NCBI GenBank assembly: GCA_020848435.1
Contig: JADLAC010000037.1
Coordinates: 108,355-172,354 of the forward strand
Source: Burkholderiales bacterium
GTDB lineage: Bacteria; Pseudomonadota; Gammaproteobacteria; Burkholderiales; WYBJ01
Reading direction: 5' to 3'
DNA length: 64,000 bases
The notes under the pieces were generated by a model. It had not been told where the DNA came from and ran no database searches. It was given only the letters and a program-made list of their open reading frames with translations. The position numbers and the translations under genes are program-made. Positions 54,927 to 63,867 of the stretch are shown here, piece by piece (the stretch's first letter is position 1; each line of letters opens with the position of its first letter).

Positions 54927-55802
54927 TTAGCGTTGGCGCACGAACTTGTCGACGCTGTGGTCGCCCGTCAGTCCGGCGTAGATGTCGCCGTGCGAGTCGA
55001 CGCCGACGCCATGGATATGACGGCTCTCCAGGCGGGCGAGCACGTTGCCCTCGCCGTCGCGGACGCAGATGTAGGCGGGCTGGTCGCCATCCTCCTGCTC
55101 GGCGATGTAGAACGTGCCATCGTTGCCGAGCGCGATGTCGTTCGGCCCGCCCATGCCGGTCCACATGCCGAGGAATTCGCCCTCTGGCGAGAAGATCTGG
55201 ATGCGCTTGTTGGAGCGATCGGCCACATACAGGCGCCCGGCACGGTCGACCACGATGCTGTGCGGCAAGTGGAACTCGCCCGCGCCCTTGCCCGGAGTTC
55301 CCCAGGACTTGATCAGGCGGCCGTCGGCGCTGAAACGGTGCACCCGGCAGTTGCGATAGCCGTCGGTGACGTAGAGGTCACCGTTCGGATGGGCGATCAT
55401 CTCGGTGGGATGATTGAAAGGAGCGCCGGCGCGCAACGCCAGCCAGGGACGGCCGTCGCAGCCGGTGTCCGAATGCACGCCGCGCTTGCCCAGCACCAGC
55501 AGCGGTTTGCCGTCCAGCGTGAACGCGACCGCGACCGAGTCGGGACGGTCGGTAGTGTAGGCGACATCGCCGACGATCTTGAGCCCGTGCGCCTCCTTCA
55601 CCGCGCCGGCGCCCCAGCAACCCAGGTAGCTGCCGTCGCGATCGAACATGACCACGGGCGGATCCTTGCGCTGGAAGACGTAGATGCGATCGCGCGCATC
55701 GGCCACGACTCGGCTCACGACGCCCAGCGATTCGCCGGCCGGCAGCTTGGGCCAATCGCGGATTACCTCGTAGGTGTGCTTGCCGCTGCCGACCTGGGCC
55801 AT
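54927..55802 (-). CDS. NHL-repeat six-bladed beta-propeller protein
   Basis: Repeated D..G.(I/L)YV(A/T)D blocks (GDLYVTDGYRNCRVHRF, GRLYVADRSNKRIQIF, GTFYIAE, GDIYAG). The start was chosen at MAQVGSGKH (55802). Confidence 0.7.
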   Translation of the reverse strand: MAQVGSGKHTYEVIRDWPKLPAGESLGVVSRVVADARDRIYVFQRKDPPVVMFDRDGSYLGCWGAGAVKEAHGLKIVGDVAYTTDRPDSVAVAFTLDGKPLLVLGKRGVHSDTGCDGRPWLALRAGAPFNHPTEMIAHPNGDLYVTDGYRNCRVHRFSADGRLIKSWGTPGKGAGEFHLPHSIVVDRAGRLYVADRSNKRIQIFSPEGEFLGMWTGMGGPNDIALGNDGTFYIAEQEDGDQPAYICVRDGEGNVLARLESRHIHGVGVDSHGDIYAGLTGDHSVDKFVRQR

Positions 55803-55906
55803 GGACCCTCTCCTGTGCGTGAACCTTCGCGATGCCACTAGAATGGTACACCCGCGTGCGTGCCTCGGGCAGCCACGCGCTCGAGAATCATCACAGGAGT
55901 AGCCGC

Positions 55907-56887
55907 ATGAAAGCCGTCGTGTGCAGGGATTGGGGACCCCCGGAATCGCTCGTGGTCGAGGAGCGCGCGGCGCTCGTGGCCGAGCCGGGCAAAGTGGTCG
56001 TGAGCGTGAAGGCGGCGAGCGTGAAGTTCGCGGACACGCTCATCATCCAGGGCAAGTACCAGACCAGGCCGGAGTTGCCCTTCATCCCGGGCTCCGAGGT
56101 CGCGGGGGTCATCAAGTCCATCGGCGCCGGCGTGCAGGGTTGGAAGCCCGGCGACCGGGTGAGCGTGCAAACCGAATACGGCGGCTTTGCCGAAGAGGTG
56201 AACGTCCTGCCGGAGCGCCTGGTGGCGCTGCCCGATTCGATCGACTTTGCGAGCGCCGCGGGCCTCTCGTCGGCTTACGGCACGTCGTATTACGCGCTCG
56301 CCGACCGCGGCAATCTGCGCGCCGGCGAAACGCTCATGGTGCTCGGTGCCGCCGGCGGCGTGGGCCTCGCCGCGGTCGAGATCGGCAAGGCGCTCGGCGC
56401 AAGCGTGATCGCATGCGCCTCGAGCGAGGAAAAGCTTGCCGTATGCCGAGCGCACGGCGCCGACGAAACCATCAACTACGCCAGCGAGGACATGCGCGCT
56501 CGCGTCAAGGCGCTCACCGGCGGTAAGGGGATCGACGTGGTCTACGATGCGGTCGGCGGCGCCTACTCGGAGCTCGCCTTGCGCGACATGGCTTGGGGCG
56601 GGCGCTTTCTCGTCATCGGCTTCGCTGCCGGCGAGATTCCCAGGATCGCGCTCAACCTGCCGCTCATCAAAGGATGCAGCATCGTCGGCGTATGGATCGG
56701 CGCCTTTTCGAAGCGCGAGCCCGAGCGGCATCGCCGCAATACCCTCACGCTGTGGCAGTGGTTCGCCGAAGGCAAGATCAAGCCGCACGTGTTCGCGACC
56801 TATCCGCTCGAGCGCGCCGCCGATGCGCTCGATGCGCTCGCCCAACGCAAGGTGGCGGGCAAGGTCGTGTTGACGACCGGGGCGTAG
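55907..56887 (+). CDS. NADPH:quinone oxidoreductase (medium-chain dehydrogenase/reductase family)
   Basis: MKAVVCRDWGPPESLVVEE..., PFIPGSEVAGVI, a Rossmann motif LVLGAAGGVGLAAVEIGK, and a C-terminal GKVVLT. Confidence 0.85.
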   Translation: MKAVVCRDWGPPESLVVEERAALVAEPGKVVVSVKAASVKFADTLIIQGKYQTRPELPFIPGSEVAGVIKSIGAGVQGWKPGDRVSVQTEYGGFAEEVNVLPERLVALPDSIDFASAAGLSSAYGTSYYALADRGNLRAGETLMVLGAAGGVGLAAVEIGKALGASVIACASSEEKLAVCRAHGADETINYASEDMRARVKALTGGKGIDVVYDAVGGAYSELALRDMAWGGRFLVIGFAAGEIPRIALNLPLIKGCSIVGVWIGAFSKREPERHRRNTLTLWQWFAEGKIKPHVFATYPLERAADALDALAQRKVAGKVVLTTGA

Positions 56888-56988
56888 CGCAACCGGATCG
56901 CCGCCCGGTGCGACGTGCAAGACCTGAACCCGGAGCACCGGAGCACGGTGTTGACCACTGGGGCGTAGCGCAACGCGATCGCCGCCCG
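56867..56988. repeat. 41-bp direct duplication of the qor 3' end flanking a copy of the dispersed repeat (locus 3)
   Basis: Copy A at 56867-56907 (gtgttgacgaccggggcgtagcgcaaccggatcgccgcccg) and copy B at 56948-56988 (gtgttgaccactggggcgtagcgcaacgcgatcgccgcccg) share 37/41 positions. Between them lie gtgcgacgtgcaagacctgaacccgg (56908-56933) and a ggagcacc/ggagcacg doublet. Confidence 0.75.
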
Positions 56989-57051
56989 TTTGTAGGCGGG
57001 ACCCCATACGGGCGATACTTCGAATCTCATCGCAGTCGAGCGGAGACCATC

Positions 57052-57435
57052 ATGACATTGCAGCGCGTGCATCACATCGTGGTACGAGTCAAGGACCTGG
57101 AACAGGGCATCGCGGCGTATCAGGCGCTGGGACTCACGCTCGAGCGCACCGCGGAGAGCGCCGCGCTCGGCATCAAGCAAGCGTTCTTCCCGCTCGCCGA
57201 CGGCGCCTTCATCGAGGTCGTCTCGCCGACCCGCGCCGATTCCGCCGTCGGCAAGGCGCTCGAAGGCCGTGGCGAGGGTATACACTCGATCGTGTTCAAG
57301 GTGGACGATGTCGCGCGGGCGGCGCAGGGCATGAAAGCGCGCGGCGTCGCCCTCATCGGCGAAGGCGGTCCGCAGGTCTTCGTCCATCCGAAATCGAGCC
57401 ACGGCGTGCTGGTGCAGCTCACCGATAAGCAATGA
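57052..57435 (+). CDS. VOC (glyoxalase/bleomycin-resistance/dioxygenase) family protein
   Basis: 127 aa. LQRVHHIVVRVKDLEQGIAAYQALGL...GEGIHSIVFKVDDV matches the VOC/methylmalonyl-CoA-epimerase-like fold pattern. Confidence 0.75.
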   Translation: MTLQRVHHIVVRVKDLEQGIAAYQALGLTLERTAESAALGIKQAFFPLADGAFIEVVSPTRADSAVGKALEGRGEGIHSIVFKVDDVARAAQGMKARGVALIGEGGPQVFVHPKSSHGVLVQLTDKQ

Positions 57436-57457
57436 CGCATTACCACGGGAGCCTAGC

Positions 57458-58423
57458 GTGAATCTCTCGACGGCAGTCGCACTCGTGTCCGTGATCGGTG
57501 TGTCCCCGGTGTTCGCGCAAGGCGCTTACCCGAGCAAGCCCATACGCTGGGTCATTCCCTATGCCGCGGGCGGCGGCACCGACGTGATCGCGCGCCCGAT
57601 CGCGCTCAAGATGGGCGAGGCGCTCGGCCGAGCGATCGTGTACGAGAATCGTGGCGGCGGCGGCGGGCTGATCGCGGGCGAATATGTCGCCAAGGCCGCC
57701 GCCGACGGCTATACGCTGCTGGTAGGTTCGGGCAATACCCACACCTTCCCCACGCTGCTCTTCAGCAAGGTGCCGTACGATCCGGTCAAGGACTACGCAC
57801 CCATCAGCAATTTCGTCATCGTGCCCAACCTGCTCGTCGCACATCCGTCGCTGCCGGCGAAGAGCATCAAGGATCTGATTGCCTACGGCAAGGCCAACCC
57901 CGGCAAGATCAACTGGGCGTCCTCGGGCAACGGCTCGGGCGGGCACCTGGCGCTGGTGCTGTTCGCGCAGCAGGCGGGCATGAAGGTCTTGCACGTTCCC
58001 TTCAAGGGTGCGGGGCCGGCGGTAGCCGCCATGCTGGGGGGCGAAACCGATCTGCTGTTCGCGAATACCGGGGTATTCCTGTCGCATATCCAGGCCGGGA
58101 AGCTGCGTCCCCTGGGCGTATGCGCGCTGGAGCGCCTGCCGCTATTCCCCGAGCTGCCGACGTTGCACGAATCCGGCTTTCCCAAGTTCGAATCGAGCAC
58201 CTATTACGGCCTGCTCGCCCCGGCCGGCACGCCGCGGGCCATCGTCGATCGCCTGCACGCGGAGCTGGTGAAGATCATCAGGTCGGCCGAATCGATTGAA
58301 CGGCTGGCGGGCGTCGGCGCCTTCCCGGTCGCCAATACCCCGGAGCAGTTCGCCGAGTTCCTGCGCGCGGACGTCGACAAGTGGGCGAAGGTGATCAAGG
58401 AACACGGCATTAAAGCGGACTAG
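57458..58423 (+). CDS. Bug/TctC-family substrate-binding protein
   Basis: GTG start. MNLSTAVALVSVIGVSPVFAQGAYPSKPIRWVIPYAAGGGTD, ADGYTLLVG and HVPFKGAGPA. Confidence 0.9.
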   Translation: MNLSTAVALVSVIGVSPVFAQGAYPSKPIRWVIPYAAGGGTDVIARPIALKMGEALGRAIVYENRGGGGGLIAGEYVAKAAADGYTLLVGSGNTHTFPTLLFSKVPYDPVKDYAPISNFVIVPNLLVAHPSLPAKSIKDLIAYGKANPGKINWASSGNGSGGHLALVLFAQQAGMKVLHVPFKGAGPAVAAMLGGETDLLFANTGVFLSHIQAGKLRPLGVCALERLPLFPELPTLHESGFPKFESSTYYGLLAPAGTPRAIVDRLHAELVKIIRSAESIERLAGVGAFPVANTPEQFAEFLRADVDKWAKVIKEHGIKAD

Positions 58424-58427
58424 CGCG

Positions 58428-59489
58428 ATGGAATTCGGCGTCAGCGTCGGCCACATCTCGGCGCTCGATTACGCGCAGCACGGCGAGCGCTTGGGGTTCA
58501 CCCGCTGCTGGGTGACCGATACGCCGCTGCTGCGCTCGAATCTGTTCGCGACCATGGCCGCGGTGGCGATGAAGACGCGCACTATTCAGCTCGGTTGCGG
58601 CGTCGCCGTATGCGCCATGCGCCTCGCACCCGAGGCAGCCAACGGGATCGCCACCATCAATGCGCTCGCGCCCGGGCGCACCTTCGCGATCTTCGGCACT
58701 GGCAATACCGCCATGCGCATGCTGGGGCAGCGGCCTACTGGCGTCAAAGCGCTGCGCGAGTACGTGCGCGTGGTGCGTGCGCTGCTGCACGGCGAAGAAG
58801 TGGCCTATTCGCTCGGCGGCGAAGCGCATCCCATCCGCTTCACCGCGCTCGAGCACGACCCCATCCGACTCGATCCGCCGCCGCCGGTTCACGTGGCGGC
58901 CAACGGCCCCTTGGGATTGGCGCTCGCGGGCGAGATCGCAGACGGACTGTGCACCGCAATTCCCCGTGCCGGCACCATGGCCGAGATCATGGCGCATGTG
59001 CGCCGCGGCGCCGCCAAGGCGGGACGGGAGCTTGCGGCCGGATTTCACACCGCGGCCTTGGTCAACGTGCTGATGCTCGAGCCGGGCGAGCCGCTCACTT
59101 CGGCGCGGGTGATCGGCGAAATCGGCCCGGCGGTAATGACCAATTTCCATTACCTGTTCGATCGGGAGCGCGAGACGGGCGAGGAGCCGCCGCCTTACGT
59201 GCGTCCGGTCTGGAACGAGTACATGGCGTTTCGCCGCAGCCGCGCGGGTGCCGATGCGCATCTCTCCATGCACGCGAGTCATTACGCGACGCTGGATCCG
59301 GCCGAGGCGCGCTTCATCACCCCCGAGATCGTGCGCGCGCTGTGCATCATCGGCGAGCCGCCCGAGCTGGTGGAGCGGCTGCGCCAGCTCGAAGGCGACG
59401 GCTTGAAGCAGATCACGTTCCATCCCCCGTTCGAGCAGCGCTACGAGGTGATGGCGCGCTTCGCGCGTTCGGTCATGGAGAAGATGTAG
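58428..59489 (+). CDS. luciferase-like (LLM class) flavin-dependent oxidoreductase
   Basis: MEFGVSVGHISALDYAQHGERLGFTRCWVTDTP and later LLM blocks. It starts 5 nt after the preceding Bug stop. Confidence 0.8.
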   Translation: MEFGVSVGHISALDYAQHGERLGFTRCWVTDTPLLRSNLFATMAAVAMKTRTIQLGCGVAVCAMRLAPEAANGIATINALAPGRTFAIFGTGNTAMRMLGQRPTGVKALREYVRVVRALLHGEEVAYSLGGEAHPIRFTALEHDPIRLDPPPPVHVAANGPLGLALAGEIADGLCTAIPRAGTMAEIMAHVRRGAAKAGRELAAGFHTAALVNVLMLEPGEPLTSARVIGEIGPAVMTNFHYLFDRERETGEEPPPYVRPVWNEYMAFRRSRAGADAHLSMHASHYATLDPAEARFITPEIVRALCIIGEPPELVERLRQLEGDGLKQITFHPPFEQRYEVMARFARSVMEKM

Positions 59490-59580
59490 CGCAGGCGACA
59501 CGTGCTGCGCACCGCGCGTGGATCGAGCCGCGCTGAGCGCGCGCAGGCGATGAATCGACCCTTTGCCACAGGAGGCGAGC

Positions 59581-60492
59581 ATGGCGGATGTGACAATTCT
59601 GGCGTCGGGGCTCGGCTTTCCGGAAGGCCCGGTGGCATGCGCCGATGGATCGGTCGTCTTGACCGAGGTTCGAAATCAGCGCTGCACCCGCATCGGCGCC
59701 GACGGCAAGGTAAGCGTTTTCTCGCAATGCGGCGGCGGGCCGAACGGACTCGCCATCGGACCCGACGGCTTCTTCTACCTGTGCAACAACGGCGGCAACC
59801 GCTACGCCGCAGGCCACTGGGCGGGGCTCGGGCCGCACCCGGACTACCGCTGCGGCTCGATCCAGCGTATCGATCCGAACACCGGCGCGGCAACGCTGCT
59901 CTACCAGGAGGTGAACGGGCGCGCGCTGTCGGCGCCGAACGACCTGGTGTTCGATCGCGACGGCGGCTTCTATTTCACCGACATGGGCAAGCGCTATCCG
60001 CATCGGCGCGACAACGGCGGGGTCTACTACGCTTTGCCCGACGGCTCGAAGGTGGTCGAGATCGCTTATCCCATGCTGGCGCCCAACGGGTGCGGGCTCT
60101 CGCCCGACGGGCGCACGCTCTACGTGGCCGATACCGAAGGGGCGCGGCTGTGGGTTTTCGAGGTGCACGGTCCGGGCAAGGTGAAACCGAAGAGCGAGCA
60201 CGCGCCGCATAGCGGGACGATCATCGCGGGGCTGGGCGGCAATGCCCGTTTCGACAGCCTCGCGGTGATGGCGAGCGGCAACGTCGCGGTGGCGACGCTC
60301 AATGCCGGCCAGATCACCGAGATCTCCCCGGCCGGCGAGATCGTGCGCAGCGAGAAGATGCCGGGCACTTATCCCACCAATATCTGTTTCGGCGGCCCCG
60401 ACATGCGCACGGCATACGTGACACTGTCGGACAGCGGCCAACTGGGCATGCTGCGCTGGCCGGAGCCGGGACTGAAGCTTCACTTCGGCTGA
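59581..60492 (+). CDS. SMP-30/gluconolactonase/LRE family protein
   Basis: AGGAGG ribosome-binding site before the ATG at 59581. GLGFPEGPV, PNGLAIGPDG, NDLVFDRDGGFYFTD and PNGCGLSPDGRTLYVADT are propeller blocks. Confidence 0.8.
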   Translation: MADVTILASGLGFPEGPVACADGSVVLTEVRNQRCTRIGADGKVSVFSQCGGGPNGLAIGPDGFFYLCNNGGNRYAAGHWAGLGPHPDYRCGSIQRIDPNTGAATLLYQEVNGRALSAPNDLVFDRDGGFYFTDMGKRYPHRRDNGGVYYALPDGSKVVEIAYPMLAPNGCGLSPDGRTLYVADTEGARLWVFEVHGPGKVKPKSEHAPHSGTIIAGLGGNARFDSLAVMASGNVAVATLNAGQITEISPAGEIVRSEKMPGTYPTNICFGGPDMRTAYVTLSDSGQLGMLRWPEPGLKLHFG

Positions 60493-60599
60493 GGCGTCAT
60501 CCATGGCAAACGGCATCGCAGCGAAAGCAGCGTTGCACCACGATGCGAGCTCGCGCCGACGCAGGCGCGCGACCAAGACGACTCGCGAGGAGTAATGCA

Positions 60600-61565
60600 G
60601 TGAAAGCTGTGCGGTTATCGATAGCGCTCGGCGCGGGGCTCTTGGCTACGGCGAGCGCGCAGGCGCAAACATGGCCCGAGCGGCCGATCCGCTTGATCGT
60701 GCCGTTCTCGCCCGGCGGCACCAGCGATTTGATCGGCCGGGTGATCGGCCAGCGCCTCGCCGAAGGCCTGGGTGCGACGGTCGTGATCGACAACCGCGGC
60801 GGCGGCGGAGGCACCATCGGCGCCGCGCTCACCGCGCAGGCGGCGCCGGACGGCTACACCCTGCTCGTGCCGCACGTAGGCCTGGCCGTCAACGAGACCA
60901 TGTATGCGAAGAAGCAGTACAACGCGCTCAAGGATCTCGCGCCGGTATCGCTGCTCGGCGAGACGCCCAATGCCGTCATCGTCGGCAACACGCTGCCGGT
61001 GAAGTCCATGCAGGATTTGATCGCGCTCGCCAAGAAGCAGCCGGGCAAGCTCGCTTGCAGCTCCGCGGGGATAGGCAGCGCCGCGCATCTCGCCATGGCG
61101 CTGCTCGAGTATTCCGCCGACATCAAGCTGAACCACATCCCCTTCAAGGGCGGCGGACCGTCCATGATCGCGATCATGACCGGAGAGGTGGCGTTTTCGA
61201 TTCCCGCCTACCCGACGGCGGTGCCGCACCTCAAGGCCGGCAAGCTGCGCATTCTGGCGGTGACGGGCGCCAAGCGCGAGCCGACGGTCCCCGATGTGCC
61301 GACGGTGGCCGAGGCGGGCGTTCCCGGCTATGAATTCGGCATCTGGTTCGCGCTGTTCGCGCCCGCGGGCACGCCGAAGCCCATCATTACCCGGCTCAAC
61401 CAGGAGATCGTGAAGGCGCTGGCCGAGCCCGACATGCGCGAGAAGCTCGCGCGCACGGGCGTCAACGCCGGCAGCTCCACGCCCGAGCACCTGGGTAATC
61501 ACCTGCACGCCGAGGTGGCGAAGTGGGCCAAGATCATCAAGGCCGCGGGAATACCGATCAACTGA
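60600..61565 (+). CDS. Bug/TctC-family substrate-binding protein
   Basis: GTG start at 60600 after GAGGAG. (M)KAVRLSIALGAGLLATASAQAQTWPERPIRLIVPFSPGGTSD, PDGYTLLV and HIPFKGGGPS. Confidence 0.9.
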   Translation: MKAVRLSIALGAGLLATASAQAQTWPERPIRLIVPFSPGGTSDLIGRVIGQRLAEGLGATVVIDNRGGGGGTIGAALTAQAAPDGYTLLVPHVGLAVNETMYAKKQYNALKDLAPVSLLGETPNAVIVGNTLPVKSMQDLIALAKKQPGKLACSSAGIGSAAHLAMALLEYSADIKLNHIPFKGGGPSMIAIMTGEVAFSIPAYPTAVPHLKAGKLRILAVTGAKREPTVPDVPTVAEAGVPGYEFGIWFALFAPAGTPKPIITRLNQEIVKALAEPDMREKLARTGVNAGSSTPEHLGNHLHAEVAKWAKIIKAAGIPIN

Positions 61566-61664
61566 CGGAGGCGATTCGGCTTTGGCGGGTGCGACGAATC
61601 GACCAGCGGGTCAGCACCCGCGGATGCGGCGGACGAGCTGGACCTGCCGCGGTAGCGCAGCGAT

Positions 61665-62657
61665 TCACTGCGGCTCGATGCCGGCTTCGCGCGTCACCTT
61701 GATCCATTTCGCGATCTCGGCGCGGGTCTGCGCTTCCTGCTCTTCGGGGGTGCTGCCCACGCGCTCGGCGCCGAGCCCCAGCAGGCGCTTGCCGACCGCG
61801 GGATCGTCCAACGCAGCGAGCAGCGCGTTGCGCACGCGATCGACGATCGGTCGCGGGGTGCCCGCCGGCGCGAGCAGTCCGAACGGGCTCGAGACGACGA
61901 ATCCGGGCAGCCCCGATTCGATGACGGTAGGCACCTCGGGCATCGAGGCGGAACGGGTCTTGCCCGTCTGCGCCAACATCCGCACCTTGCCATCGCGCGT
62001 TTGCTGGACGACACCCGGCAGCGCGGCGAACAGGAGCTGGACGTGGCCAGCGATCAAGTCCACCAGCGCGGGTCCGGCGCCCTTGTAGGCGACGTGGACC
62101 ATCTTCACGCCTGCCATGGAGCTGAACAGTGCCGCCGCCAGATGGCCGAGGGTGCCGCGTCCCGGGCTGGAATAATTGAGCTCGCCTGGCCTCGCCTTTG
62201 CCAGCGCAATCAGCTCGGCCACGTTGCGCACCGGCAGGACCGGATGCACGACCAGCGCCGAGGGCACTTCCGCCATGAGGGAGACGGGCGCGAAGTCCTT
62301 GACCGAATCATAGGGCAGCTTCTTCACCATCGCGGGGTTCATGACGTAGCTGCCCGATACCATCAGGATAGTGTAGCCATCGGGCGGGGCTTTCGCCGCG
62401 AGCTCGCTGCCGATCGCGCTGCCCGCGCCCCCGCGATTGTCGACCAGGACCTGCTGGCCGAGCGCTTCGCCCATCTTCGGCGCGATGCTGCGCGCGACCA
62501 CGTCCACCGGTCCGCCGGGAGCAAACGGTACGATCAAGCGCACGGGCTTGCGCGGATAATCCGCAGGCGCGCCCGACTGGGCAGCGGCCGCCGCGGCCAG
62601 GCAGCACGACGTACCGAGACAGGTCGTAACGAGCGCTCGCAATGATCGAAGTTTCAC
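61665..62657 (-). CDS. Bug/TctC-family substrate-binding protein
   Basis: GTG start at 62657. (M)KLRSLRALVTTCLGTSCCLAAAAAAQSGAPADYPRKPVRLIVPFAPGGPVD, PDGYTILM and HVAYKGAGPA. The 567-aa track ORF was rejected. Confidence 0.9.
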   Translation of the reverse strand: MKLRSLRALVTTCLGTSCCLAAAAAAQSGAPADYPRKPVRLIVPFAPGGPVDVVARSIAPKMGEALGQQVLVDNRGGAGSAIGSELAAKAPPDGYTILMVSGSYVMNPAMVKKLPYDSVKDFAPVSLMAEVPSALVVHPVLPVRNVAELIALAKARPGELNYSSPGRGTLGHLAAALFSSMAGVKMVHVAYKGAGPALVDLIAGHVQLLFAALPGVVQQTRDGKVRMLAQTGKTRSASMPEVPTVIESGLPGFVVSSPFGLLAPAGTPRPIVDRVRNALLAALDDPAVGKRLLGLGAERVGSTPEEQEAQTRAEIAKWIKVTREAGIEPQ

Positions 62658-62677
62658 GGCCGTCTCCAAACTGGGGT

Positions 62678-63727
62678 TCAAGCGGGCGCGGCGCCACGCA
62701 GCATATCCTCGACCAGCGCGAGATTCGAGGGATGCGGGCGCAGCTCGCCCGCCCGGATGCGCGCGTTCACCTGGGCGACCGCGGCATTCGCGGGCGTAGG
62801 CACGTTGACGGCTTGGCCCTTCGCCACCACCACCCCGGTCAGGCAATCGACCTCGGTGCGCCGGCCCCGCAGGTAGTCTTGCAGCACCACGCCGCGTGCT
62901 TTGCGCGCATTGGGCCCGAGGTGTCCGAGCACCGCGCGCAGCAGCTTTTCCACGGTCTCGTCGGTGGAGCCGAGCATCTGCTCGGCGGTGAAGCCGAAGA
63001 TCGGCTCCAGCGTAAGGCCGAGCGCCGCACCGACCGCCATGGTCTCGCGGCCGACCTGGATGCAGAGCTTGAAGACCTCCGGTATGTCGGTGGCCTGCCA
63101 CGATTGCAGCCCCAGCATGCCGAACACCGACAGGATCATCGAGCTGTTGACGAGCTTGGTCCATTTCGCGCCGGCGATGTTGGCCGTGAGCGAAACCTTG
63201 GCCGTGCAGCGCATGAGACTCTCGATCTCGCGCAGCCGCGGCGTGATCGCGCCGTCGTATTCGCCGAAGCCGAACCAGGTCGCCTGCCGCGTGGTATTGC
63301 GCATCACGACGCCGGGCGTGAACACTTCCGCCGAAAGCTCGACCACGCAGCCTGCGGTGCGCCCGCACCCGGCGATGGCGGCGATGGCATCGTCATTCAT
63401 GCCGTTCTGCAATCCGACCACCACGCCATCGGACTTGAGGTAGGGCGCGATCAGCTGCGCCATCCAACGTGTATCGTAGGACTTGGGCGCCAGCATCACG
63501 ATGTCGAAGGCGGGATCGATGCGGGCGAGGTCGCAGAGATGATAGGCACGCACCGGCGCGACGAAGTCGTCGTCCGACATGACCACCCGCAGCCCGCGCG
63601 AGCGCATCGCCTCGACGTGGGCGGGCCACTGATCGAGCAGCGTCACATCGTGGCCGGCGCGCGTGAGATCGGCGCCTACGCTTGCGCCGATCGCGCCCGT
63701 GCCGACGATGGCGATGGCTCGTGTCAT
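62678..63727 (-). CDS. 2-dehydropantoate 2-reductase (ketopantoate reductase, ApbA/PanE) family oxidoreductase
   Basis: MTRAIAIVGTGAIGASVGADLTRAGHDVTLL Rossmann motif, and a later KWTKLVNS block typical of the KPR family. 349 aa. Confidence 0.8.
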   Translation of the reverse strand: MTRAIAIVGTGAIGASVGADLTRAGHDVTLLDQWPAHVEAMRSRGLRVVMSDDDFVAPVRAYHLCDLARIDPAFDIVMLAPKSYDTRWMAQLIAPYLKSDGVVVGLQNGMNDDAIAAIAGCGRTAGCVVELSAEVFTPGVVMRNTTRQATWFGFGEYDGAITPRLREIESLMRCTAKVSLTANIAGAKWTKLVNSSMILSVFGMLGLQSWQATDIPEVFKLCIQVGRETMAVGAALGLTLEPIFGFTAEQMLGSTDETVEKLLRAVLGHLGPNARKARGVVLQDYLRGRRTEVDCLTGVVVAKGQAVNVPTPANAAVAQVNARIRAGELRPHPSNLALVEDMLRGAAPA

Positions 63728-63867
63728 GGTTGTGCGGGCCGTGTCGTGCATTCCGGCATCGCGACGTGCGCTAGCGGCCCTCGTGCGCAAGCACGCTGTG
63801 CGGTCGGCTTTCCATTCGCTGCCGGCGACCCGCTCGCTGCTCGAGCTCGACCGAATTGCATGCGGCG

